This document shows, piece after piece, positions 1 through 12,802 of a DNA stretch of 64,000 nt. The notes under the pieces were generated by a model that was not told the DNA's origin, ran no database searches, and was given only the letters and a program-made list of their open reading frames with translations. Source of the DNA: Octopus sinensis (taxonomy: Eukaryota). The stretch covers positions 87,916,001-87,980,000 of the forward strand of contig NC_043005.1 of assembly GCF_006345805.1 (NCBI RefSeq), given 5' to 3'. Positions within the stretch are counted from its first letter, which is position 1. The number at the start of each line of letters is the position of its first letter. The position numbers and the translations under genes were made by a program.

Positions 1-619
1 TTTATTCTTTCAGGGTCCATAAAATAAGCATCATTTGAGCACGAGGTTCGATGTAATCCACTCGGCCAATATTTGAAGCCTATAGTATAAAACATTATTT
101 ATCTTTTAGTCGGGTGTGAAGGTAATGCCCATGATCAATCACAGAGCCTCCAAGACTGGAGGAAGGAAGGAATACCCAAACGGGATATCTGGCACGAAAA
201 CCACCACTTGACGGCATGGGTAACAATTGTGGTGTGGCTCTGACCAGAGAACCCGTTGGTGTGTTATTAAAGCGGGAGACGGATTTAAACTCAGAACTCA
301 AGGAAGTGAAACAAACACAAGGCACCTGGTCCCACTTACCATGACCAACCCATTGTTTGGGATTTGCACTTTTTTATTATAGAGCTCCAAGAAAATGAAA
401 ATCAAAGTTAATATCGTGAACTCGGTGGTATTTGAACACCGAGTGTTGAGATTTGGAAGAAACATCACGACGTGTTCTGCCCGATGCTCCATCGACTCTA
501 TCAATTCACCGACAATCATCATAGTCAGCGTCGTCGCCAACCTCTGAACATTACAGAACTCACAGGGCTGTTTTCTCGGTTTCTATGGTGTAAAATTGAC
601 TGGGGTTGCAAATCCCCAC

Positions 620-1590
620 CTCCCCGCCCAACAGGGTGCTACTCCATTGCAAGGTTACTTTTTTACGGCTAAGTGAGCTGGAACAATGGAAAATGAAATG
701 TTTTTCCTCGAGGACACAACCCACCGCCCGGTTCACGAATGGAAACCACTACTGCAAGAACGTGAGAGACGCACTCCTAACCACTAGACCACCTGCCTTC
801 ATTCACCTTCTCTCATCGCTTTTATGACATAATTGAAAAGCTTCTTTGCTCACAAAATGAAAATGCAATGGATTTTGTTGTGAGAATTAAATTTAAGGTC
901 CTCGCTAAGCTGATCTACCAATCATTTACACACTGCTGAAAAGAGCAGAAGTCAGGTGCGCAAGACACCTTGTGCGAATGCCCGGCAATGTGACTCCCGG
1001 AGAAACTGCTTTACACCACAAACTGGCAGAAGGCAAAAACACGCATGGCGGTCAGAAAACGCACTTCAAGGACTCAGAGCTTCACTGAAGAGCTTTAACC
1101 CATTACGTCTCACTGTCCTATAAATAGGACACTAAATGAGAACATTAAATAAGCTATATCACATTGTCTCAGTGTCCTATTCATAGGAGACCGAGTATTT
1201 CCATATCTACTTGAATTAAAGGAGTTTTCATAATTATTTGTTTTAATTCTAACCTATTTTCAATCATCTGCAAATATTAAAAGTAATATTCAGCACTCTG
1301 AGACTTAATGGGTTAAGGTCAACGCCGACGAAGCAGAATCAACACACTGGTGCCACCTCCTACGAACAAGAGAGGATTGCAGGGAAAAAAAGAAAATGTG
1401 AACTACGCAAGTGCAGAGCCAAGTCTTTGCCTTCAGTTCCAAGAGACCATTATTGCCCGGCCTGCGCCAGAGACTTCCGGTCTTGCGTCAGCATGATTGG
1501 CCACAATCAGAAACACCAAGCCCTGTGCCCCGTGTTCCATCTTCTTCTCCCGTGTGATGTCCCAGGTCATCGTTGACAACTGCGGACAAA
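620..1590 (+). mobile_element. Decayed RTE-clade LINE, 3' part (RT thumb and C-terminal C2H2-like motif)
   Basis: Manual translation gives YTLLKRAEVRCARHLVRMPG...LAEGKNTHGGQKTHFKD (about 927-1070) and HYCPACARDFRSCVSMIGHNQKH (about 1449-1517). Both match RTE C-terminal consensus. It ends in a (TAA)n tail. Sequence upstream of 620 may belong to it but is too decayed to call. Confidence 0.75.
1099..1312. mobile_element. piggyBac-type MITE inserted in the RTE remnant
   Basis: TTAA at 1095-1098 and 1313-1316. 14-bp TIRs CCCATTACGTCTCA / TGAGACTTAATGGG (1 mismatch). Internal near-palindromes GTCCTATAAATAGGAC and GTCCTATTCATAGGAG. Confidence 0.75.
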
Positions 1591-1591
1591 C

Positions 1592-1608
1592 TAATAATAA
1601 TAATAATA

Positions 1609-1645
<37 letters not shown>
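1592..1645 (+). repeat. (TAA)n tail of the RTE element
   Basis: Direct trinucleotide repeat immediately after the RTE 3' end. Confidence 0.9.
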
Positions 1646-1647
<2 letters not shown>

Positions 1648-2460
1648 TTTTATTATTTAAGTTTATATAGCTGTCAAGAATAGGTAATAGGTTAAAAGGT
1701 ACCTAACCTGACCTAAGCTGAACCTATGACATTGGAGGAAGTTCTTTTTTTAAATATACATTTTGTCTAGACATTGGGGATTATGTACTTAACCAGTTAA
1801 TGCTACTAAACAAGCGCAAAGTTGGTGTTTTTAATTCTGGCCCGACACGTCACCGAATTTATGACGAGGAAAGTAAAATCATTAAATTAAACTGTAGTAA
1901 ATTCATCATAGCGAAGCAAAGCGATAAAACTTGTCCATCATTTAAAAGTGGGAATAAACAAATATAAAGAAAAGGAAGAACATACGACAAAGCAAAGTCA
2001 AAATATTGTCAGCCGTGCTCTGATGGGTTAGAGGCAGACAAATATTTTAATGGAAACGCGTGAAGGAATTATCGGTATTAATTGAAGTCAACACTTGAAA
2101 ATTACTTAAGGGCGACAATAAACGTCATTCAAATTTTGAACTTTTTTCGAAACCTGAATCAATTTATGAGACTGTGCATCTTATAAATTTCGTATTGAAT
2201 ATGCTAATGAACAAATAAGGAATTGGACTACTGGCGGCAAATTATTTCTCGTCGTCGTCATCGTCGTTTTTTTTTTGTTTTTTTGTTAGATCGTTGTTAG
2301 GCCGTCGTACATGTTAATTTGTTGTGTGCCTTCTTTATATTCCGAGTTCAAAACCCGGCAAAATTTCTCCGTCGTCTTTCGTTTTCTCCGGATTGAATGA
2401 ATTATGAAGTCCTGTGAAACTGCTGTCTTGACTACAACCTTCACAGCAAAGCCAGAAATG

Positions 2461-2489
2461 ATCAGCAGCATCATTATCATCGTCATCAT

Positions 2490-2532
<43 letters not shown>
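2461..2532. repeat. Compound (CAT)n/(CAG)n microsatellite
   Basis: Visible triplet repeats. Confidence 0.95.
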
Positions 2533-2533
<1 letters not shown>

Positions 2534-2933
2534 GGAGGAGGCGCAATGGCCCAGTGGTTAGAGAGGATCACGGACTCGCGGTCGGAGGATCACGGTTTCG
2601 ATTCCCAGACCGGGCGTTGTGTGTGCTTATTGAGCGAAAGCACCTAAAAGCTCCACGAGGCACCGGCAAGGGTTGGTGGCGACCCCTGTTGTACTCTTTC
2701 GCCCTAACTTTCTCTCACTCTTTCTTCTTGTTTCTTGTCCGCGACTTACTACGCTACTGCTGAGCTTGGATGCGCGTTCATCCATCCGTCGATGCTCTCG
2801 GTGTCGGCGGTTGACCTGCTTTCTCTTCTGCGGGTCTTACGAATAGCAAAGGACCACGTTTCTGACTTCTTCCATCTTGCGAGCTCCGAGACGGAGACCG
2901 TTCGCTCAACAGCAACAGCAACAGCAGCAGCAG
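2533..2933 (+). mobile_element. tRNA-derived SINE, family A
   Basis: A-box-like GGCGCAATGGCCCAGTGGTTAG, B-box-like GGTTTCGATTCCC and a (CAA/CAG)n tail. A second copy starts at 63916. Confidence 0.8.
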
Positions 2934-3340
<407 letters not shown>

Positions 3341-5858
3341 GCCTTTGGCTGGAGATTACTACGGTATCGGCTGTTCATTACTAGTGAACTAACATAACAC
3401 CTCTTATTTTTCGAGCACCTTCCGGAGTATTCGAGCGGTTCCAAGCAGTGCTGTTTTCTGCAAGTTCTCCACCCTTTTTCCAGCCCCTATTTATTCCACG
3501 TATTTCTCGAGATTTTGCTCATTCTTCCCAGGGCTCCGACAATTATTGGTACTACTGCTACCTTTTCATCGACCACAACTGCTTAATGTCCCAAGCTAAC
3601 CTGTCATATCTCTCAACTTTTCTTTCTTCTGTATCGCATACATTGTTGTCAGCTGAAAATGCTATATCTATGATCCAGCATAGTTTGTTTTCTTTCTCAA
3701 TTAACACTATGTCTAATTTCCTGTTCTCTATCTCATGATCGCACTGAATCATAAAATCCCATAGGATCTTTGCATTTGTATTTTCGGCGATGTCTTCAAG
3801 TTTGTGGTCGTACCAATTTTTTGCTCTGTCAAGTCCATACTTGTTGCAAAGTGTCCACTTCCTTCTGGGCTAGTGGCATACATTGGCTGTAATATGACAT
3901 ACGGTTTCACCGTTTTGTCCACAGGTTCTGCATTTACCACTTTCTGATGTGTTGTCTATTCTGTATTTTATGTTGTTTGTTCTTAGTGCTTGCTCTTGGG
4001 CAGCACAGATTAGAGCCTCCGTTTCCGGTTTTAAATTACTTTTAGTCATCTACAGCCATTTTTCTTTGTCTGTCTTATCTTCAACATCCCCATGAAATTG
4101 ACCATGCATTCTTTTCTTTACTCGCCTATTTTCTGTTTCATTCATTTTCAATTTCTTGTATAGTGCTTTATGTTTGCAATCTTCCATCCTATACGAGCCT
4201 GACCACCCTACTTCTAATAATAGCAGTTCTGTGGCATCAGGAGTTGATACTTGGTACCTCTGTACTTACGCTTGCAACTCTTCTGCTTATGTGGCAGGAC
4301 TCCATATTTTCCCAGTTGTTCGTACATTGACTCTGCGAGTATTCCACTCAATAACTTCCACATAAGTGGCAAACAGGATATCTTCCTGTAATAGTCTACC
4401 ATATTACCTTTTCCGATGTTTTTCAGGCACAGCACTGTCCTACACAATGTCAACCACTCTGGTGTTGCTTAGTCGGCATCTAACAAGGTATTGAGTTGCG
4501 TAGCTATTCGTACATGACTTTCACCAAATCTATTGATCCGGTAGCCTTGAAATCCATCTGGTCCTGGGGCCTTCCAGTTGCTCATTTTTTTGCTGAGTCC
4601 TTCATTTCCCTAACGGAAATGACTAGTTCTGTCTGTTTTGGACAGACTTCTGTTTGTTTCAGTTCTTGCAACCATTCAGCATACTTCTTGTTCTCCTTTT
4701 CTTTGCTCCAGATGTCACTCCAAAACCTTTGACTTTCAATGTTATTTGGTATCAACTTTTCATCTGTACACTCTCCATTTATTTCTTTATAGAATCTCAT
4801 CTGATCTACTCTGAATAACCTATTCTGGTAGTAATCCTTCATTCTTTGGTCGTATCTTACAATCTTTTGCTTTCTTTGCAACGAAGCACTGTTTCAGTTC
4901 CTCCTTTACTACTTTCAGGCCCTTTCTTTCAATATTATACTTCATTTTCAGTACCCTGTATTTTTGTTCACTTTTAAGTTCCCCTTTCTCTTTTTGGTCT
5001 AACACAGAGATTTCCTTCGAGAGCATGTCTAACCCTGCCTAGATTCTTCTTTTCCATCATGGATCTTATATTTTGTCACTCCCATTATGCTTCTTTTTCT
5101 TGACATTAGCACTCACATTTTCTGCTACAACAATACTTGCTGCCTTGATCAAATTATTTCTTTCTGAGATGTTGTTTGTTCTGATGTATTTCAGAATTCC
5201 ATTGGCATTTTTCATTTCTTGGTTCAATTTCCATCGATCGACCTTTTTAAGGCCGCAAATAATGTCTCTATCGTTCTCCTGTAGACTTACATTTATTCTG
5301 TCGTAGATTGCCTTTTGTTCATCTATCATGCCACTATTAGTTTTATCGTCTTCGTTTAGATCATCTATATGTCTCTCATCAAGTAAGCTACCACTGCTCC
5401 TTTCTTGTGCTATGAGATTACTCTTATTAGTATGAACTGTGTTTTCTTTCTTATCTATGCTACTATTGTCCATGACCCGTATTTTGATTATTGTGGACCA
5501 ACAATTTTTTCTTATTGCTCTAGCTTGATCACATAGTTTCTGTTCCGTGAGTTAAAACAATCCATTTTCTCTCCAATGATCATATATATGTTGTCGGTAA
5601 CCTCTAATTTGAGCACTACTTTCATCTACCGGGCTGCTCAGGTAGTAACACTCCATGACCACAGCATTAATTTGTTTGCTCCATCTACGCCGTGTGTGGT
5701 GGTCCCTTTCTGGATATCAACAGGCTGGAGCCAGATCAGAATCTCTGAACCTGTTCATACCCTTTTTCTGTTAATTTGAAGCCACATACCAGGCTAACAT
5801 CTCAGTGCACTCTTTTGCATACACAGTCATGGCTGCGTTTATACTCCTATTATCATCC

Positions 5859-5860
<2 letters not shown>
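3341..5860 (-). mobile_element. R4/Dong-clade non-LTR retrotransposon (RLE endonuclease), decayed, RT core deleted
   Basis: Domains read on the minus strand: N-terminal Myb-like RRRWSKQINAVVMECYY...TEQKLCDQARAIRK (about 5700-5510); pre-RT QNRLFRVDQMRFY..FWSDIW; RT start [17 protein letters not shown]...RGTKYQLL; thumb ETEALICAAQEQALRTN; CCHC CRTCGQNGETVCHI; restriction-like endonuclease RKLDIVLIEK..IIDIA..D..EERKVERY. Flanked by (ATT)n on both sides. Confidence 0.9.
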
Positions 5861-5889
<29 letters not shown>

Positions 5890-5921
5890 TGTTATTGTTG
5901 TTGTTGTTGTTGTTGTTGTTA

Positions 5922-5983
<62 letters not shown>

Positions 5984-5985
5984 GA
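5857..5985. repeat. (ATT)n/(GTT)n microsatellite
   Basis: Visible triplet repeats. Confidence 0.95.
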
Positions 5986-6527
5986 GTGAGAGAACAGTGC
6001 ATGCCATCAAAGTGACACTGGGGTAAAATATACGAAGCCAGTATACCCATCATGACTACCCGTCTGATAAGGGTACACTAGGCACATGCATCACAACCAT
6101 ATGTGATCTCATATCAAGATAAACAGCACATGACCTTTGCAGGTGGGGTCCAGGTAGAATTTTCTTCTGGTCAAGTGACCCATCCCACTCAAAAGGTCCT
6201 CGAATAAGGGTTGTTTAAGGATGTTGAACGAAACACCCATGTTTCCAGAGATGAATTATTCAAACCCCAAAGAATCCCTCTCAACACATGGCTATGATGC
6301 TCCCCCACTACTTCTGCTCGTGGTCAGAGATGCACATATCTTCAGCAACAAAGGGACATGCTCAACTGGTTAAGGTCAAACAACTGACAAACAAATCTGT
6401 GGTATTGAGGAGAATATTTGCTGTAGCCCATCTTTTATACCAAAATAAAACAATGTACATGATAACACTTCCAATCAGTTAAGATGAGAACCCACGAGAG
6501 ACACTGCCTGGTACTGCATCAGGGCAA
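5984..6527. repeat. Unclassified 540-bp non-coding island between two (ATT)n arrays, probably an interspersed repeat
   Basis: Sharp boundaries at (ATT)n on both sides and no convincing ORF. My impression that it is an abundant cephalopod repeat is unverified. Confidence 0.35.
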
Positions 6528-6550
6528 TATTATTATTATTATTATTATTA

Positions 6551-6595
<45 letters not shown>

Positions 6596-6612
6596 CATCA
6601 TCATCATTATTA

Positions 6613-6691
<79 letters not shown>

Positions 6692-6735
6692 CATCATTAT
6701 TAATATTATTATTTTTATTATTATTATTATTATTA
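6527..6735. repeat. (ATT)n/(ATC)n microsatellite
   Basis: Visible triplet repeats. Confidence 0.95.
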
Positions 6736-8030
6736 GTTGACGACAAAGGTCGTGTTTTTTCATTCGTTCTGAGAAATTTGCATCATTATCGTCTTTTTTA
6801 TTTCAGTTATTTTCCTGAAAGAAATACTTGGAATATTCCACTGTTCACCCCGTTTATCTTGAGGTGTAAAATATGACATTTTAACATTATATATTATTAA
6901 GCATTCATTTTCTTGTATTTCAATATGAATTTTCCCTCTGGAACAGCAGTAAGAGTTAGAAAGGTGGTAGTAGCGAACATACAACCAACAATTTCTAGAG
7001 GAATTTGAAAATGTTGCTGGCAAAAATGCAGATGTTGAAAATATTTATAAAAAGACAAATATATCCGCGTTCATGTTTGTATATGGAAACATTAACAATG
7101 CAAGCTAAACAAACGGCAGTTTTATAAACGAATGCATCTTTAAACACAGACTAGTATTAAAAATGTTTAGAATATTGGAAATAACGAGCACAACTTTGCT
7201 TGTGTTAGCAGTTAGGATCAGATATTTAAATTCGAACCAGTTCTCCGGAAACCACAGAGAGAATAGATAAAGATGGGATCGTTCTCATTAGTTGATGATT
7301 TTATGGAAGAAAGGTTAAAGAAGAAAATAGCATATCAGCCATACTTTTCTCTCTCGAATGGGTATATCAGGGTATACCTGACTTTCAGACTGAATAAAGA
7401 AACAGAACAGAAGTTTCAATAACCTTCCCCTTAGTGAAGACTTGGCAAATAGACCTCTTGATTGCTAAATGCACGATTCCCGCGCACACACATGTGAAAT
7501 GAAAGTCCTCGATCTTAAACCAAAATCGGTTGATATATCATGGGAAGTTTCGTAGATTACCGTAATCTAAGTGAGCATTGGAGAAAATTTATGTTCTAAT
7601 AATATAACGAACTAGCTTTCCTCGTCTGCACCGATTTGTAAATATACAATTGTATAGCATAATGCGTAGCATTCACATTGGGACAGACATGTGAACATAA
7701 TTTTTTATACACTGGAATTATTATTAAATTATGAAGGCTACGAAACGGCCGTAGTCTTAAGGAGGATAAGTGGTTAAATAAATATGTTCGCCACTCATGC
7801 TTCCTTATATTTTATAGTTTATATAGACATCATGAAATAATTTCATCGACTGAACCTCCTCAATTTCAACTAAATACTCGTCCGTATTTGATTAATATCT
7901 GGTCTGCTAGCCAGATCTACCAGGTGAACTTTCTGTGATGGCCACGTCGTTCTATGAAGCCATATATTAGATTTTAAGTCTCTGTGTGTATATATATATA
8001 TATGTGTGTGTATGTGTGTTTGTGTGTATA

Positions 8031-8430
8031 GTGGTTGTCTACTCCTTATGCAGAGTTTGACCACCTCCTGTACCTACACCTTAGCACCACCATGGCATCT
8101 AATGTGGCTTTTTGAACCAGGCAATGTTCTGAAGAGACACCCGCATAGACTACACCTCCGATTTGGACCAACAAGACCTGCAGATAAGTTCCGCTCTTTG
8201 TGGATCTTAAAATATCTTTTGAGGCTTCCGTTGGATTTCCAAACCTTCTGACATACACTGTATTCAAAGGTGTGCACAGACATATAGTCAGAATAGATGG
8301 TGGAGGTTCGTTTTCCATGCGTTCACAGATGAGATTTGAGGCCAGCAAAAGACAGGTATGGTCTGTCGCAGACTGTGCACACAAAAAGGTCATTGTCATT
8401 CACCTTCTCGATCGTTACATTCTTCCTTAG
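8031..8430 (-). mobile_element. 3' end of a probable RTE-like LINE encoding three C2H2 zinc fingers
   Basis: One frame from 8430 to 8074 reads VCTVCDRPYLSFAGLKSHL*TH, YSVCQKVWKSNGSLKRYFKIH, RCSLCGCLFRTLPGSKSHIRCH. The single TGA is at 8323-8325. It is followed by the RTE-like terminus GGTGGTCAAACTC...GTAGACAACCAC and a microsatellite. Confidence 0.6.
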
Positions 8431-8442
8431 ATCTCCTTTAGA

Positions 8443-8798
<356 letters not shown>

Positions 8799-9365
8799 AA
8801 AGAACTCTTTGAAATGCCTTTGACAAAAGTAAAGGTGATTTTATGAATGGGTTTCTTTATTGCTTGTTGAATGACATAAAAAAAAAAGAACCGAATAAAA
8901 GAAAAGGTTCTTACCCAAAATATTTGTATGATTTGACAGTGAATATGTTTTGAAAGACAAGATGTAAATAATGCTGTCATACTTCATGTTGTTGTTTACA
9001 GAGCAGGTGTATGTGCTTTATGTCGTCATAAGAATCATAGCAAAACGGTGAGAGATAAAAATGCGTCTGTCAGTTCAAAGTGTGATAAATTTGATATGCT
9101 GTCTACAAGCCTGTTTGTAGATATCTATTTGACGATATTCATCTGACAGTCGACAAAACACAAGTTGAAATGCTTCATTATGATGGCAACGGAAAAGTCA
9201 AAGTTATTCAGCAAACATGGAACCTTTTTTCCCAACAATAATCTCCACAGAATAAAAAAAATCCGGCGAAATCTTAGTATCGAAACTTGTTCTCAGTAAC
9301 AACGTTATTTCTATTGAAAACGTGAAACGATACGAGTTATAGTTTCTCTTGTATTGGATATATAT

Positions 9366-9414
<49 letters not shown>

Positions 9415-9448
9415 ATATACATATATATACATATGTATAAATACATAC

Positions 9449-9724
9449 AACAATTGCAGCGTGGAAGGTGTTTGTAAGCCATTTAAGAAACACACAAAAG
9501 CCGTTCGATTCACTTCAACATTTAAGTTTAATTGTCAAAATATTTTCGTCGCTAAAATCCGCGACCTGTTCACTGAGATGCAGCACGAATTTTTGTCAGT
9601 GAACAGGTCGCGGATTTTAGCGACGAAAATATTTTGACAAATTAAACTTAAATGTTGAAGTGAATCGAACGGCTTTTGTGTGTTTCTTAAATGGCTTACA
9701 AACACCTTCCACGCTGCAATTGTT
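9449..9724. mobile_element. Foldback element (about 128-bp arms, 19-bp spacer) carrying HHR-like motifs
   Basis: 9449-9576 is the reverse complement of 9596-9724 apart from about 1 indel. It abuts (TA)n at 9352-9448. Confidence 0.9.
9592..9641 (+). ncRNA. Type I hammerhead ribozyme variant with G3:C8 core
   Basis: UUUGUCA [GUGAACA] G GUCGC-ggauuuua-GCGAC [GAAA] AUAUU-U UGACAAA. Helix I is 7 bp, helix II is 5 bp, helix III is the palindrome AAUAUU. The mirror copy on the minus strand at 9532-9576 has a shortened helix I. Confidence 0.55.
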
Positions 9725-9836
9725 TTCGTTCCAACACACGATCTCAGATCAAATCACTTGCTATGCGAGTACATCTCCTATATATACATAAAATTAATCA
9801 AAGGACATACTAATAATAATAATTATTATTATTATT

Positions 9837-9894
9837 ATCGAACTCGGAGTCTTGGGGTCAGTAGTCCGCGCTCTTAACCACCATGCCATATGCC
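9837..9894 (-). other. tRNA-like Pol III head (A and B boxes) in the 3' flank of a PLE ORF
   Basis: Minus strand reads GGCATGGTGGTTAAGAGCGCGGACTACTGACCCCAAGACTCCGAGTTCGAT. The same head occurs at 17101-17187. It is truncated after the B box, so it is not a complete tRNA. Confidence 0.7.
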
Positions 9895-9924
9895 AGTGGG
9901 CTATTATGGGGCGAATTTTAAGGC

Positions 9925-10110
9925 TTATAAATCTAATATTTTCCTGTCCTTTCTTAATACCGGTTCCCATATGCTATTCATATCTGCACTCGGTCTGCTT
10001 AGGAGGTTATTGTGTCCTAACGTATGTGCTGCTTCTTTTAGTTTTCGTATTTTCCACTGGTGTTCTCTGTCTTTTATTTTAACTTCATCCCACAGGGGAA
10101 TGTGCTTAGA
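9925..10110 (-). pseudogene. C-terminal end of a Penelope-like GIY-YIG endonuclease
   Basis: HIPLWDEVKIKDREHQWKIRKLKEAAH..LLSRPSADMNSIWEPVL matches the W..VKI..RE..W..RK.KEA ending of PLE endonucleases. Confidence 0.7.
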
Positions 10111-10229
10111 TATAATTGAAAGTTTAACGAGAGAAAATGAGGACAGTACAGATATGCATTCATATAATACAACACAACAAAACATTTCAGTTGAAGTTAT
10201 ATTTGTCATTATAAGGGCAGTATTTGTCA

Positions 10230-10480
10230 ACACAATGCTTTGAATTTCTGTGAGACATGGGTCTCCTGGGATGTTATCTAGACGTTTTTAAAATCCCTTT
10301 TTAATTCATACAAAGAGTACTTCGAACAAGAGTGACACTTTGCACTTCAGGATGCTACATCCATTGTATTTCAGTTTCCAAGTCTTATATTTACTGAGCT
10401 TGTCAAATTCCTTGATAGACATTTTCTTATTTTGATGAAACAGTTATATCTATTTAACAAGTTCATATATACATTCATTG
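10230..10480 (-). mobile_element. Possible very decayed CR1-type LINE 3' fragment
   Basis: Minus strand KGF*KRLDNIPGDP resembles the CR1 C-terminal FK..LD....IPD.P motif. No other support. Confidence 0.3.
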
Positions 10481-10675
10481 AGTCTTTTGTTAAACTTTTG
10501 CGCGAAAAAAAGTTCACCTTACATTTATGAAACAATGATTCCGATCAATAATATTATATAGAAGTGTATGTGTGTAATTTCTGCGTGTGTATATGTATAC
10601 ATATACAGATATCTATCTATAATTTATGCATATAATATATATATAAATTATATATATATATGTACATATATATAC

Positions 10676-10740
<65 letters not shown>

Positions 10741-10746
<6 letters not shown>

Positions 10747-12800
10747 TATACACACATATTTATACATGTATATACATATATACGTATGTATGTATATGAG
10801 AAAAGATGCGATGGTAGTGAGGCGGGTGAGAGGTATATAGAATTATGTTTTGGTCACTACACATTATTTTGAAACAAAACAAACACAAATATATCATCTC
10901 CTATTTGCTATTTGACACCACCGTCGAGAGGCTATTGATTCTTGTCTCTAAACCTATTTTTCAATCCCACACACTCGACGGCAAAGATTCAGTCAAGCGA
11001 TTAATTTCTTTCTTTATTTTTACTTTATTTTTGTATCTGAGGTGAGCGTTGTAATTATCGTTTCTCTTGCTAAGCTAAGCTGCGAGAAGGAAATTAAAAT
11101 AATGTTTTCTCTTCTTTTGTCTCGCCTTTTATCAGACCGCGATATTTTTAGAAGCCAGCGAAATTTGGGGGGAATTGTCAAAAACGTCCATTACTTTTTG
11201 ATAATAGATCGAGCAAGAGTTTGCTTCCTGTTCGTCCAGTTTATGATGTAATTGTTTGTGATTATAATTTCTTTGTTTGTTTGTTTGTATTACTTTCATT
11301 AGGCTAAATGTTTTTCTAGTCATTGTTGTGGCCGTGTTTGATATTATTGTTGTTGTGCAGCTGATGTTTTTGTTTTGTGTTGAACAACCTCGGTAAGATC
11401 TTCTTAAACGTGACTCACACGACAGATTATTAAATGTAGGAGCCCCTATTTTCCTGTTGATCCTCAAATTTAAAATATGATGAACCTATTTTCTCAGAAG
11501 TTTACTTACAGTATCCAGATTAGCTTTTAGATTCTATTAAACGTTTACTGCTAGATTGAAAATGGGTGAACAAGGAATTGCTTAACAGCGCAAAATCAGA
11601 GGTTCAGTGGAAGTCGATATAGCGTCAGTGCTTGAATGGCATAGCATTTCAAATCCCGAAGACCAAGAAGAAATGTCGCTAAGCATTTCGCCCGACACGC
11701 TGAGTTTCTGACAGCCTACCGCCTTCATTTTATATATTATATTTTAAATACATATATAATATATATATATATATGTACATATACACACATATTTATACAT
11801 GTATATACATATATACGTATGTATGTATATGAGAAAAGATGCGATGGTAGTGAGGCGGGTGAGAGGTATATAGAATTATGTTTTGGTCACTACACATTAT
11901 TTTGAAACAAAACAAACACAAATATATCATCTCCTATTTGCTATTTGACACCACCGTCGAGAGGCTATTGATTCTTGTCTCTAAACCTATTTTTCAATCC
12001 CACACACTCGACGGCAAAGATTCAGTCAAGCGATTAATTTCTTTCTTTATTTTTACTTTATTTTTGTATCTGAGGTGAGCGTTGTTGTAATTATCGTTTC
12101 TCTTGCTAAGCTAAGCTGCGAGAAGGAAATTAAAATAATGTTTTCTCTTCTTTTGTCTCGCCTTTTATCAGACCGCGATATTTTTAGAAGCCAGCGAAAT
12201 TTGGGGGGAATTGTCAAAAACGTCCATTACTTTTTGATAATAGATCGAGCAAGAGTTTGCTTCCTGTTCGTCCAGTTTATGATGTAATTGTTTGTGATTA
12301 TAATTTCTTTGTTGTTTGTTTGTATTACTTTCATTAGGCTAAATGTTTTTCTAGTCATTGTTGTGGCCGTGTTTGATATTATTGTTGTTGTGCAGCTGAT
12401 GTTTTTGTTTTGTGTTGAACAACCTCGGTAAGATCTTCTTAAACGTGACTCACACGACAGATTATTAAATGTAGGAGCCCCTATTTTCCTGTTGATCCTC
12501 AAATTTAAAATATGATGAACCTATTTTCTCAGAAGTTTACTTACAGTATCCAGATTAGCTTTTAGATTCTATTAAACGTTTACTGCTAAGATTGAAAATG
12601 GGTGAACAAGGAATTGCTTAACAGCGCAAAATCAGAGGTTCAGTGGAAGTCGATATAGCGTCAGTGCTTGAATGGCATAGCATTTCAAATCCCGAAGACC
12701 AAGAAGAAATGTCGCTAAGCATTTCGCCCGACACGCTGAGTTTCTGACAGCCTACCGCCTTCATTTTATATATTATATTTTAAATACATATATATATATA
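10741..12800. repeat. Near-identical tandem duplication, unit 1033 bp, bounded by (TA)n
   Basis: Units start at 10741 and 11774. The differences I found are three small indels. Duplicated ORFs appear in the ORF track. Confidence 0.95.
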
Positions 12801-12802
12801 AA

